64,000 bases of DNA from Curvularia clavata (taxonomy: Eukaryota). Shown one piece after another: positions 1 through 11,956 of this stretch. The stretch lies in the NCBI GenBank assembly GCA_023920165.1, contig CP089281.1:744001-808000 (forward strand), read 5' to 3'. Each line of letters opens with the position of its first letter. Position 1 is the stretch's first letter. The translations under genes and the position numbers were made by a program. The notes below the pieces were generated by a model. It was given only the letters and a program-made list of their open reading frames with translations. It did not search any database and was not told the DNA's origin.

Positions 1-12
1 ACTCACTCCATA

Positions 13-1572
13 ATGGCTTCCAGCATTGAGCAGTCACCATTCTTCCTGCAGCAGAAGTCCAGAGGCGAAATCATCGTCAAAGGTATGAAGCCAGTCGATA
101 CTGTGTCGTGGGGGCAAACGTGCTAATGTATTAGACCCTCCCAAGTTCGATCTTGAGTCTTATATTGCTAATTACACCGGTATGGAAGTAACACACATGC
201 GACACTTGGCGCATACTAATGCTCTCTGCTAGGCTATACGCGGATTGATCGCCTTTACCACATCGGCGCCCACTCACCGTACCTTGCCGTTGACGCGTAT
301 CGCCTTGCCATTGCGGAAACAAAGAAGGGAAAGAATGTCGGACTGTACACAAGGTTGGTCGAGGATTTCAGCAGCATAGCACCAAACGATCCTGCTGCGC
401 TGCTCGATACAGCATGGGCCGAAAAGAAGACACGGGAAGTTCGAGAGGAGCATGACAGGCTGGAACACGAGCTGAAGTCGTATAAGAACAACTTGATCAA
501 GGAAAGCATACGGGTAAGTGGATAGGAATGGTGAATCTAATGTGGCTCTAACAGACCGCAGATGGGCAACGAGGATCTTGGCCACTTCTACTATGACACC
601 GGCGACTTCACCAATGCACACAAGGCATACATGAGGATGCGTGAACATTGCACTTCGTCGAAGCACCTCGCCGATATGACACTTCGCCTCGTATTCGTCA
701 GCATCGGACAAAAGTCATGGACAAACGTACTGGCAAACCTAGCTAAGTCGGAAGCTACCCAGATTAAAGGTGAAGAGAAGGCCAAGCTGGAGCTCATTGT
801 ATCTGCATGCAATGGTCTATGCAACATGGAAATGGGCAGCTTCAGGGAGGCCGCGACGGCCTTCCTCAACACGTCGGCAGCATACATCACGGCTGAACCT
901 GCGGCAGGAATCAAATGGCAGAAGGAGGTCATTTCTCCCAATGACATCGCTGTCTACGGTGGTCTCTGCGCGCTCGCATACATGGACCGAAGTGACCTGC
1001 AAAGCAAAGTACTCGCAAACGCCGAGTTCCGGAACTTCCTGGAGCTCGAACCGCACATTCGCCGCGCCATCAATCTTTTCTGCAACTCCAAGTACAGCGC
1101 CTGTCTCGAGGTGCTCGAGGGTTACCGAAATGACTACCTCCTCGACGTGTATCTTTCAAAAATTCTGCCTACAATCTACAGTCGGATCCGCAACAAGAGC
1201 ATTGTACAGTATTTCATACCTTTCAGCTGTGTCACACTGGACGAGATGGCATCAAAGTTTCCTCCAGCCGAAGGCAGAACCATCGAAGAGGACTTGGAAG
1301 AGATGATCAAAAACCGCCAGCTGGACGCACGGATAGATCTCGTCGACCGTTTACTCATCTCTCCACCAAAAGATCCTCGCCATGAAGTTCAAGAAGAGGC
1401 TCTCAAGATGGCAGAGTCGTACGACCATACCCTTCGCCTCCGACTAACACGTCTAAATATGTTGGCAGCTGGGTTGGAGGTCCAGCCAAACAAAGCAGGC
1501 GACAAGGCACCTGGCATGGGCAGCGGCATTGGTGACACATTCCGGGGTCTGGGTTCCAAAATGGGCTTCTAG
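13..1572 (+). CDS. CSN1: COP9 signalosome subunit 1 (PCI domain); 4 exons, introns about 83-134, 180-231, 514-561
   Basis: The spliced product contains KFDLESYIANY, ELKSYKNNLIKESIRMG, DIAVYGGLCALA and FRNFLELEP, plus a PCI winged helix (LDARID). Introns have canonical GT..CTAAY..AG signals. Confidence 0.93.
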
Positions 1573-2416
1573 GCGAAGTCGGCGACCAAATAAGATAGAA
1601 TACCGGGCGACGACGACAACGAGGAGAGCAGTAGCAGCGACAGCCCAGAGGCTTAGGAAACGGAGGAGACTGTCCTACAACACCTAACACGAGAGCCGAC
1701 CGTGCCGAGACGGCTCCTGAGGCGGAAGCGTAGAAGTAGTTATTAGCATTTGCAAGGAGTTTTTGTTTTTGTTTGTTTACTTTATCATACTTTGGGGGCA
1801 AGTACTACGGCGCGCGTTCAGGTTAGCGAAGACCCGGGCATAAGCAAAGCGGCATTCTGGCGTTGGGGGAAGGAGAGCGGCTGTGAATCAGATGGGAAAT
1901 GCGAGACATGGACAGAAAGGAAGAGCATATAACAGAGTTTCTTGTAATCAGCATAATTACATGAAACTCTTCGGTTCCTCTTTTTGGTTCTGCCTTGAAG
2001 AAATGAACGATGTTTAGGTCACGATATTCTTCCCTTCAGGCATTGTGGTAATGCACACCTTAGGAGAACCCAGCACGAGACTAGCACGACGCAAAGCGGA
2101 AACGAGTGTAGAAGAATTATGAATAAATATTTATATATGGGTATCTAAAAATAAGGCGTCCGTTCATTCCATTTTCCGCCATTTACTTCGTATCAAGAAC
2201 TCTTTTTTATTTTCGCAAATTAAAGTCCAACTTGGAAGACAAAAAAATGTTCCGAAAAATCGTGGAAATTACAACAAACTAAGAAGAAGTTGAACGAACG
2301 CCGAAATATTGGTGTGAAAAAGAGTCCTTGTTGAAAGTGGGGGGGCAGTACAGCTCCTATACTTCCTTTCGCTGAAAACCTCAAGTCACTCACTTTCTCA
2401 TACCTACAACGAACAA

Positions 2417-4791
2417 CTACTGTTGCTGCTGAGCGTCATTCTGACCCTGATACCCGTAATACGCCGCCGCCGCGGGCCACGCATACTCGCTCCTTCCAAA
2501 CGGATTAGTCGGGTCGATAGTTTGGGCCGAAGACGCCATGCCCGCATTTGCAGACAACATTTCCGGGGTGGCTTGGTTATTGGGATCTTGAGGTTGTTGC
2601 TGGGCTTGTGTTTGCTGGGCGGCGTTATTTTGGGTTAAGAGTGAGGTTTGGTTGGTCATGACGTTAACGGCGTGTGCGGTTTGGGGTAGGGGTCTGTTCA
2701 GTGTGCCATACGGGGAGTGGTTGGAGTGGTTGGCGGCAAAGTAGTTTTGGGGGGCTCGGAGTTGGGAGGACTGTATTTGGTGGGCTTGGAGCTGTTGCTG
2801 TGCTGTCATGGGTGTTGGGGATGGACCGAGTTGCTGCTGCTGCTGCTGCTGCGGCTGTAGGTTCTGGAGGCGTTGCTGGGGGGATTGACTGCCGAGTTTG
2901 TAGGCTAGCTGCTGCGGTGGGCTTCCAATGACGCGCGAGGAGCCTTGGTTGAGCTGCGACAACTGCTGACGGTGATTTGGTATTGTCTGTTGCCGTTGGG
3001 GAGTTTGTTGCTTCTGCTGCTGAGGAAGTTGAGGTATTGTCTGGGATTGTGAGAGTTGGGGGCGATGACGAGCCTGAGCCTGGGGCCGCATTTGTCGTGG
3101 CTGTTGTTGAATGTGGGTCTGTTGTGGTTGTGTGTGAATGTGTTGTGGTTGGGACTGTGGCCGCGGTGTCGTCTGCGGTGCTTGGACCGGAGTAGTCGAG
3201 GTGCGCCTCTCAGTCTCAAACTCTCGTATCTTTGCCTTGGCTTCTTCCAGTTCTCGCTTCAGCCTTTCCAGCTCGGATTCGGTATCTGGGGCTTGTTCAG
3301 CTCGAGACACCTGCTTAGAAAGACCAACAGGGGGAGGTTGCTCCTCATGAGCCATTGAGTCCGGATAGAAGCATTCCCTCTTCTTGCTAATACATGTTTG
3401 GCATATCGGACGTGTACCATCGCACTGCATCCACGTCAGCCAAATATACTCTTCCTGTCTTTCTGCAAGCTTACCTTTGTCTTCTTCGCCTTGCATACGT
3501 CACAACTGTTTCTTGAACGCTTTCTTTGCGACTGTTGTCCAGGTTGGGTTTCGACATGCAGCATAGGCTGCGGAGCCAATGGATGCTCTGGTGCAGATCG
3601 AACAAGAGTCGGTAGAGGCTGCGGCCGAGGCTGAGGCGGCACAGAAGGAGGCGTCGGTATTTGCGAGGGTGGATCTACTTGTATGAGCTCCAAAAGCGAT
3701 CGCAGACTTTGAGCCCTTAGATCACTTTCGAGCGAAGTATGGGACGGCCTCGGAGGCTCTGGGAAAGGCTGGGACTTCTTTCTCTTTGTCTTCGAACCGT
3801 CCGGGTCCTCGCTGCTCAACTGCCTGGATCGACTCGAAAACCTAGCCAAGGCGTCTGGATCATTCTCCTCAAGGTACTTTCGCCGCTTCGAATCCTTGCG
3901 TGGAGGTGGAGCGCGCTCTTCGTACGTCTTGTGAAGGGGCACATGCTTGTAGAAGACATCAAGCGTCTGTTTGGAGGCAGAAAACTTGACCGAAAGGACG
4001 CCCTTGCAATCGTAAACAGGCTTCGTGGCACGCTTGCCCAGTTTGGCGCCTTTTCCATTCGCCGCGCGGTCCTTGTTCAGCAGCGAGTCGTTGCAATAGT
4101 AGGAGAAGCGAAAGCTATCATCCTCTCTGCTGTTCCAGCAATTGTGGAAGCTGTATCGATACCCATCGATCTTTTGTATTGCCTCGACACAGCACTTTGC
4201 TATTGCCCTCTGCTTCCGCATTCTATCCTTTGGGTCTGGCGTTGGCTGCAACGCTTCTGCGACAGTCAAGTCGACTTTGAGCTCCACTTTCTTGGGGCCA
4301 TTGTTCGGCTCGATGGATTCGGCGAAGCTGGGCCTCGGCGCAAGAGTGGGGTCTGACAGAGGCTGACCCTGGGGAAGTCCCCCGTATGGGGTAGAATGAT
4401 AGCCGGAGGGCGCATGAGCGTGGTGATGGGGAAAGGAAGTTTGCTGTTGTGGTTGTTGCGACGGCGGCTGCTGCTGCTGCGACGGCGGCTGAGACGGCTG
4501 CTGGGATTGAGACGAGAGAGTAGTAGACACGGGCGGCGGAACAGAGAAACGGGTGCCTATCCAGAAGGAGAACTGAGCATCGGTATGCTCGGGATCTTCT
4601 GGTGGGTTGCTGAGGTATTCGCGTACGGACGACTGGAAGCGCTCAAAGGACGTGATGTTTGTGAAGGGGACGGTTTTGGCTTGCGCGTCTCTGGGCTGGC
4701 GGCCGCGCGCAAGCTGGACTGGGGCAGCGGGCCACAGGGCTTGGTCGTTGGCATGGCGAAGACTCGGGGTTTGAGCATGGGATGAGGCCAT
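2417..4791 (-). CDS. Zn(II)2Cys6 transcription factor with an upstream Cys/His domain and a Gln-rich C-terminus; intron 3425-3474
   Basis: Splicing GTAAGC..CTGAC..CAG joins SCDVCKAKKTK to CDGTRPICQTCISKKRECFYP, a complete six-Cys binuclear cluster. A coiled coil and a poly-Q region follow. Confidence 0.88.
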
Positions 4792-5619
4792 GTCAAGTGG
4801 AGACCGGCCCGCGAGCCAGGTTCAAGGTACCTAGGAGCGCTATCCCAAGTGCTATTACGGTGTTTTGGAAGTGGTACGGAAGACCGTGCCAGCCTTGGCT
4901 TTCAGGCCATCATCACCACGGCTAGCTTGACGGAGACTGCGGGCTCGAGGCCATGGACATCCCAGAAGAGCTACCAGTGGCTACGTTGGTACGAGAAGGG
5001 CCTGAGGCGCAGGCAGTCCTTCCATCGAATCACCTGGCAATGCTGCATAGCTGGGCAGTGTAGCTTCACTTCCAAAGATGTAATGACGCACATGTGCTGT
5101 CGGACCTGAGCCTTGCTGCCACGGAAAGGGCGAAAGGAGAGGAGAGTTGTGTCTGAGTGCGGATGATTGCATATGCAATACCTGTCCGTGCATGTTGCGA
5201 CGGTCTTGTGGATTGCAAAAGCGTCATGATCGACATGGATGCCATCTCTCGTAGACACAGTTTGGTGGCGATCACGTGACAACAGGTGCCTGTTTGCCTG
5301 CGGCTACCCAACGCACGCTGCCCTTTTGATTGATGCAAGCCGTCTTCTGGCAGAATGCACATGCGCCCTTTAGTCCCGGCTCGCCCTTTTATTCGATCAA
5401 TCCGCGTGGGCCCAAAGGGCGAAGGAGTGCATTGCAGCCAACGCTTGTATAGGCAGCAATACACCATTCCTCTCCAGGAAACCCTTCACTAACAACCCCA
5501 CACTTCTAATATCACGCTTCCTCCACCCTGAGGCACGCTTCTGCTCAACTCATATACCATTGCCGGCTGCGCCAAAGCGCAGCTCCAGGAACCAACGCCA
5601 TTTCACCTCACCAACAGCG

Positions 5620-7989
5620 ATGGCTTCCAACGACAATGCCGTTGAGACGCAGAAGCACTCTGTGCTGAATTCCTCCTTCCCAGTGCTTCTGCCTGAAGAT
5701 CCGGCGCTGCATATGTCAGAAAATGAGTTCCAGGACCTTCTCAAGCAGCAAATATACAAGACCGACCCAGACTCCAAACAGGAGCATGCAAGCACCAATG
5801 CCAGCGATTCCGTCACCGTCGTTCAAAATGAACCCGTAAGCACCAACCTGAAGCGGAGAGCCTCTTCCAGCGCTGACAATTGCCGCCCACAGAAAGCCCC
5901 GTTTGTCACTGGCTTGGAGAAGCATGCAGCCCACTTGCGAACATCCGAGCAGCTTGCTGCTGACAATGAGGCCCTCACAGAGAATGCCGACGTCACCAAT
6001 ATCTCGGCAAAGAATCCTCTGGTCGATCTGTTCTATGACCTCAAAGAGACTACGTCTGCTGGCGAGCTAGAGACCTTGCTTGAAAATGCCTGGAATGAAG
6101 ATCCGCTCCTGACATTGAAGATCATATTCAACGCGCGCAGCATCCATCTGGGCAAGAGTAGCCGAATCACCATGTACAAAGCCATGGGATGGCTGGCCGA
6201 AACCCACCCTGGAACTCTTCTGGAAAACTTGAAGTGGCTGGTCCGACCCATCATTGCAAAGAAGACCAATTCGGAGGCGAAAAAAGAGCCTCAAGACGGT
6301 GCGGTCAACACCCTCGAGGAGGACTTTGACATGGTGAATATTGATGAGCTGGATCCTATCAAGGCTCACGACGTTCGGTTCGGTATGTCACACGGATACT
6401 GGAAAGATCTTCTCAATCTCGTCGTGTTTTCCGCAAATGATCAGCTCAAAGTGGACAGCGACCCTCGTTTGCTACTCAACCAGAAGCCTGACGCAGAAGA
6501 GGGGTCCAAGAGAAAGAGAATCTGGGATCAGCAAGCCGCAAAAGAGGCTCGTCAGCGCAAGAAAAAGGAGCAGAATGAGCGTGTGCAAAACAAGATGAAG
6601 AACGACCCTTTCCATCGTGCCCTACACATCATCGTTGCAAGGCTATTTGCGGAACAACTCAAAGCTGACAAGACCTTGTTGGATTCGGGAAAGACATCAG
6701 ACCTGAAAAAGCTCTCTCTCGCAGCCAAGTGGGCGCCCACCTTTGGTGAGTTTCACGACAAGCATACATTCATTTTGTCTTCGATCGCCGAGATACTGTT
6801 CCCCAATCCAAGTATGCACTGCCCCGACGCCAGCAACCGAGAGCTCTATCTCCGCCATGTCCGTGAGCTTTATCGAATACAATATGCGTCGCCTCTGCGC
6901 AAGGCCTTGGGTGTCGTTGAGCGGGACATAGCCGCGAATACCTTTGAGAAAATCAAGTACGAACGAGTGCCATCAGTTGCTATGGACCGCTATAGCAAGC
7001 TCTTTCTCAAGAAGGACACCGAGCGCTTTACCAGCTATATTCAAGACGTCACTTCTGGTAAGGCAACCATATCTGGCGCCACCTTGTTACCTTCCACCTT
7101 GGTTCACCAAGCACGGCGGGTTTTGTCTTCGAATGTCACGCTTGGCGGGAATCAAAGAATGAACTTCAAAAACATTCAGCAGGCTACCGAAGCCAAGGTG
7201 CTTGCAGATGTCGTCGATAGTCAATGGGAGACACTCGTCAAGCGCGTCCGTGATGCAGGTACTCTACAGTCCAGCATTGCTGTATGCGATGTCAGTGGCA
7301 GTATGTTGTCGCCAGTCTTCCAAGATGGATCCTGTCCAATGGACTCTGCGATAGGCCTCTCACTACTCATCGCTAAGGTGACTGGCTTTCCGTGGTCTGG
7401 GATCATTACGTTCTCACAAGACCCAACATACGTCTCCCTGGACGAGTCAGGCAAAGGACTCCGCGAACAAGTGCAGTTCCTGCAGGATTGCGCCTGGGGA
7501 ATGAGTACGAATTTTGTTGCCGTCTTCAAAGACCTCATTCTCCCCATGGCTATCGAAAACAAGCTGAAGCCAGAGGATATGGTCAAGCAGATCTTTGTAT
7601 TCAGTGACATGCAGTTCGATCAAGCCGAAAATAGATCTCAGCGATGGACATCCTCGTACGAACGCATCAAAGAAGAGTACGCAAAAGCCGGTTACGAGAT
7701 GCCGCGCCTCATCTTCTGGAACCTTGCCGCACGCAGCTCCAGCAAGCCAACTACAATGGACGACGCCAACACCGCGCTTGTGTCCGGTTACTCGCAGGGT
7801 ATGCTCAAGGCGTTCTTGGAGACTGGCGCTTTTGGCGACGAAGAAGAGCTTGAGGAGGAAGAGGTCGAGGTCGAGGGCGAAGACGGCCTGACGGAGATCA
7901 AGGCGGTGAGAAAGAAGATTGACCCGTTGACGATAGTCAAGAAAGCTGTCGATCACAAGGCGTACATGATGCTGAAGGTTGTGGACTAG
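5620..7989 (+). CDS. DUF2828-family protein (TROVE-like helical region plus C-terminal vWA domain)
   Basis: Intronless ORF of about 790 aa from the first ATG at 5620. Motifs: DPLLTLKIIFNARSIHLGK, GYWKDLL, SLAAKWAP, YERVPSVAM, the MIDAS-type CDVSGSM, WGMSTNF, FVFSDMQFD and IFWNL. Confidence 0.85.
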   Translation: MASNDNAVETQKHSVLNSSFPVLLPEDPALHMSENEFQDLLKQQIYKTDPDSKQEHASTNASDSVTVVQNEPVSTNLKRRASSSADNCRPQKAPFVTGLEKHAAHLRTSEQLAADNEALTENADVTNISAKNPLVDLFYDLKETTSAGELETLLENAWNEDPLLTLKIIFNARSIHLGKSSRITMYKAMGWLAETHPGTLLENLKWLVRPIIAKKTNSEAKKEPQDGAVNTLEEDFDMVNIDELDPIKAHDVRFGMSHGYWKDLLNLVVFSANDQLKVDSDPRLLLNQKPDAEEGSKRKRIWDQQAAKEARQRKKKEQNERVQNKMKNDPFHRALHIIVARLFAEQLKADKTLLDSGKTSDLKKLSLAAKWAPTFGEFHDKHTFILSSIAEILFPNPSMHCPDASNRELYLRHVRELYRIQYASPLRKALGVVERDIAANTFEKIKYERVPSVAMDRYSKLFLKKDTERFTSYIQDVTSGKATISGATLLPSTLVHQARRVLSSNVTLGGNQRMNFKNIQQATEAKVLADVVDSQWETLVKRVRDAGTLQSSIAVCDVSGSMLSPVFQDGSCPMDSAIGLSLLIAKVTGFPWSGIITFSQDPTYVSLDESGKGLREQVQFLQDCAWGMSTNFVAVFKDLILPMAIENKLKPEDMVKQIFVFSDMQFDQAENRSQRWTSSYERIKEEYAKAGYEMPRLIFWNLAARSSSKPTTMDDANTALVSGYSQGMLKAFLETGAFGDEEELEEEEVEVEGEDGLTEIKAVRKKIDPLTIVKKAVDHKAYMMLKVVD

Positions 7990-8723
7990 GCTGATCAACG
8001 GAGTAACGGAAAAGCATGGGGTTATGATTTTACATTATATGGTGTTACAAATGGCTGCGATGTCCGTAGTATGCATGATTCCCCACTCACAAATGTGTAA
8101 TTAAACTACCAATCACCTCATGATATCACACAAATATGGTGCTTGTAATAGAGTAGCTCATATCGTGCGTCCCGGCTTATATCGCTAACGTTTCGCTATT
8201 CCAAACTACGGGGCTTGCTCAAGTGCGCACGACTGATGTTAAGGCTTGACGTCAACTTGTCACCAGGACGACACAATTTGATCGTTGGCATGAATTTCGG
8301 ATATTCAGATTTGTTTATGAATTCATAATGTCAAGTCCGAATCAATAGTTCAGTGTTTGATCAAAGTAGTTACAAGAATACGTTGCTTCCTCCGGCAACC
8401 CGGATTCGACCCACATTGCGCGATTGAGAAATCATTTAGTAGCTGATTATTGGATAATTTTCCGACTGATAGAAGCTGGGGTTTGCAATTGGATCGATTG
8501 AACGACGTGAGAAAGATGGGATGCTGGTGACATAAGCTGTGTCGAAGACTGCAGTAGCAAGCAGCAAGTTCGATGAATATTCCCTTGCTCCTTTTGGTGC
8601 CGGCTTTCCATTATTGGTAGCGTCCGAGGATCCCAATAGCGTCTTTCGTGCCACTGACTCTTTTTTTGTGTTCGAAGAAGTCGTTGTTCGCCCAGCTCCA
8701 TCTCTTTGCCCAGCCGCCAAGGC

Positions 8724-9122
8724 CTACCAATCATCATCACTATCCTCACCCGCGATGTCACCTCCCTTGACTCTATCCACCACCCTCTTCACGCCCCTCT
8801 CTACAGTCTCTCCTGGAATCGCAACTCCCTCGTGCCAAACAACCGGGTCCATGACGCCCTCCGAGAACCACATCAAAGTCGGCACAAAAGTGATATCCAG
8901 CTCGACACCCAGCTCTGGAAGCGAATACATGTCGAAGCAGTAAACATCTACTACGCCATATTGCCCGTAGCTGGATGGTGGGAGTAGTTTTTGTAGCGCG
9001 GCAATGACTTCGTTTGAGACTGGATCTTGTGGCCAGTATGCCAGGAGTACAGTTATTCCTGCAGTGGCTTTGATGCAGGCCACATATTCGGCAAGACTTG
9101 TGAGTTGCGTGAGTTGCGACAT
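8724..9122 (-). CDS. Small thioredoxin-fold protein lacking CXXC
   Basis: 132 aa starting MSQLTQLTSLAEY. Trx-like pattern (..ITVLLAYW.., VYCFDMYSLPELGVELDITFVPTLMWF with the cis-Pro VPT motif). Confidence 0.65.
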   Translation of the reverse strand: MSQLTQLTSLAEYVACIKATAGITVLLAYWPQDPVSNEVIAALQKLLPPSSYGQYGVVDVYCFDMYSLPELGVELDITFVPTLMWFSEGVMDPVVWHEGVAIPGETVERGVKRVVDRVKGGDIAGEDSDDDW

Positions 9123-10094
9123 TGTATCGATGGGTGATGCGGAAGATGTGAGCAACGGAAAGATTCTGAGAGGGCGCTGGGGCTGAGTAAGCTTCCGGGT
9201 CCGTGATTGGCTGGGACTGAAATTCCATTCGTCCACCAAAGATTACGATGTAAGCCAGGCCCATAGCCATCAAGCCAGTCCCGGATCGCCGGCGCAATCA
9301 TAACACGCAACGGATCCAGCCGGCAAGGGAACAATCAGGTAGCCATGGGGATTCTAGCAATCTAGACCGGCCATGCACAACGCGGTGTTTTCTATTTATC
9401 ATTCCCCCTGCTCGCTAGACGTCTGTATGGCTCTAATATCAATATTTTCACTTCCAATTTTCGAATGGTATCATGAGGTAACGTGCCATGAACTATACAG
9501 TAAACACTGGCTATTTCTACGGCCTCGAAGCCGATACATTAACTACTAGGCTCCTTATTGTACATATGATATGATCAGTCCAATTTGGGTAGGAGTGCAC
9601 ACTTTGACAGCTAACTCTGACGGGGAATCGCTCTGGGGAAGACAGCAAGTATGAAAATCAGAAGAGAAGACTTATCGAGTGCTTAGAAAATGCCTCGCAT
9701 GGACTACTAGGAAGAAGCGATTGAATGTCTCTCGGATGTAGCTAACGCTGGCTTGAGCAAAAGCTCGTTTGATGCTACTAGTCTTTCTGATGATGCTTCT
9801 CGCATCCAATCACTTGTGACACAACAACCATCAAACGAATCCCTAAGCCCGATCGGATGTAGCCCCGCTGACATGGGCATAGTGGTGCTGAAGAAATTCG
9901 CCCAGTATAAATATAAGCAGTTTTGCAGACGCCCACTAAAGCTTGCACGATGTTAGTGGTCGCAAACTTCTCTGGCCTAGCTTTCGAAACACAGCACTTT
10001 TTCCAAACAATCAAGATATGGTCATAGCCTGTATTGAATGGTAATGTGTTCAAATTCTGTTTAAACTTCAGTCTTACTTCCGATCGTTCTTTTT

Positions 10095-11131
10095 CTACGC
10101 CTTCGTTGTCGTAACTGTACTAACGACGGTACTTGTCTTCGTAACTCCACTGCTTACTGTCCTCGTCACAGTCGTACTCGCCGGTCCCTTCGTAATGAAG
10201 CAAGAGCAAGCAGAGGAGATTCCGGCTTCACCCAACCCAAGAGAGATGTTGATGCCGCCAGGCAGGCCCAACGAGATGCCAAGTTGAGGAGAGCGTTTGC
10301 GGATGGGAAGCTCAGTAGGGCAAGATGCATCATAGAAGGTGTATGGGGAGGTGGGGTTGAGGTTTGTGTTATCAGCGCTAGATCGAGAAGAGTTAGCAAA
10401 AGTGCTAGAGGGACATGTAAGGAAGGGAAGACGTACGCAGCCACATCAAAGAGCATGCAGTTGGCCTCTCCGTATCCGAAGCTCTTGCACTTGGAATCAG
10501 CCTTGCAGAGTGCGCTGCAAGCGGAGAAGGTGTTCTTCGTTCCACTGGATTCAAAGTAGTACGCTGGTGTAGTTTTGACATACCCGGCGAGACCACAGCT
10601 AGGTGCGCCGGTCGGTGTACTATTGAGTTTTAGTAACCTATACTCAAGTCACAGTTCGGGGCTCAGATGCTTACGGGGAAGGACTTGTTACGAGAGTCGA
10701 GGAGGCCAGTGTAGAAGATGGAGTTACAAGTGTAGAAGAAGAAGATGGTGTAGGCTTGGAGGTAGGTGTAGGTGTAGGTGTAGGTGTAGGAGTAGGAGTC
10801 GGTGTTGGTGTTGGCGTTGGTGTTGGCTTCGGTGTGGCTGATGGACGAATGGTTACCGTAGTCGTAGTCGTCTTGGTTGTTGTTGTGGAATATGCATTGG
10901 TTACAGTGGAGGTAGCTGTTCCAGATTTCAAGATGTTGGAACAGAAGATCAGTGCTTCCGCCGTGTGTCCTTCAAATGCACCGAGCCCACAGTCACTGAC
11001 TAGTCTTTTGTTAGTCAAGAAGTTTCCATGAAAAGGGTGTCCATACCGTCGGGGTTTCCAAATTGCCTTTTCCCGCGAACAGCAGCTTGTGCTGTCGCAG
11101 CAAAAGCTACAGTAAGGATTGACAGCCTCAT
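10095..11131 (-). CDS. Secreted Cys-rich protein with a Pro/Thr linker and a PAN/apple-like module; introns 11000-11046, 10620-10674, 10378-10436
   Basis: The hand-spliced ORF stays in frame. It has a signal peptide (MRLSILTVAFAATAQA), a KR site, (PT)n, CGLAGY..CSALCKADSKCKSFGYGEANCMLF, ISSACSCFI and a Thr-rich tail ending in TAG at 10095. Confidence 0.8.
10756..10832 (-). repeat. Coding hexamer tandem repeat (ACACCT-type) encoding (Pro-Thr)n
   Basis: GTAGGT/GTTGGT-like units repeated on the + strand; translates as KPTPTPTPTPTPTPTPTPTPTPTS. Confidence 0.9.
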
Positions 11132-11956
11132 CTTCGCAATTGCAAGTTTTCTACTGCAAGAAAGAGTGTTCTGGAGATTTTCAAATTCTTGGACCGATGC
11201 TGAACGGTGATCTCGGACCTACACACGCACTATTTATAAGGAATATGTAGACGCTTGCCTTTCCATCTCTCGAGTAGTGAAGGACGCGGTATGAGCATAT
11301 GCACCATTGTGGATCCAATAAGGAATAAATGAAAAGCTTCGTCCTCACAATCCCCCAATTTTAGTTGCAATGCCCTGGGCTAGAACCGCGTACTACTATT
11401 CTTGACTGGAGTAGTTAATGAACACGAGAAAATTGGCCGCCACCCGCCGGCAGATGTTGCTTCGACGCATGTTTATCACAAAGAAATTTGCGTGGGTTCC
11501 TGCAGCTAGCACTATAGCTGTACCGATGGTATGGTTGAGACATATGGTAGCCAATTAGCCAAACACGAAACATTGGGCAAGAAAGCTGGCAAAAGTGTGG
11601 AGAAATATGCATATACTAGGTAGCAGCCGACGTTCCCGTCATTAGGTACAATATCCCTATCCTGGCTCCGGTAAAATCCATGTGCAGGTACACTACGGCA
11701 AAAACAGCGACGGCTTGTTACGAGCACCGCGCAAGGCCGAAATCAGCGCGATCTGTTTCCCGACGCGATGCCAGATCTAGAGCGCTTCCCAATCCTAGCT
11801 GATCTGCCCTGGACGCAGCCCAGACGCGTCGAAAAGACCCACAAAGAGGTCCCCGTAGCCCGGCGCTTAGGCAAGCGCATAGTATGCACAACAGGGAAGG
11901 ATCTCAGTGGCTTTGTGTCGCGCCCGAATCTCATACACATGGGATCCAGGAGAGAG

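Noticed and set aside
3739..4785. Long + strand ORFs opposite the Zn2Cys6 gene, and similar antisense ORFs over DUF2828, DERA, MTC4-like and the zinc-finger gene
   Set aside because: Shadow frames of real GC-rich coding sequence with no recognisable motifs.
8385..8430. B-box-like GGTCGAATCC on the minus strand
   Set aside because: One mismatch in the core, and no A box, cloverleaf or terminator nearby.
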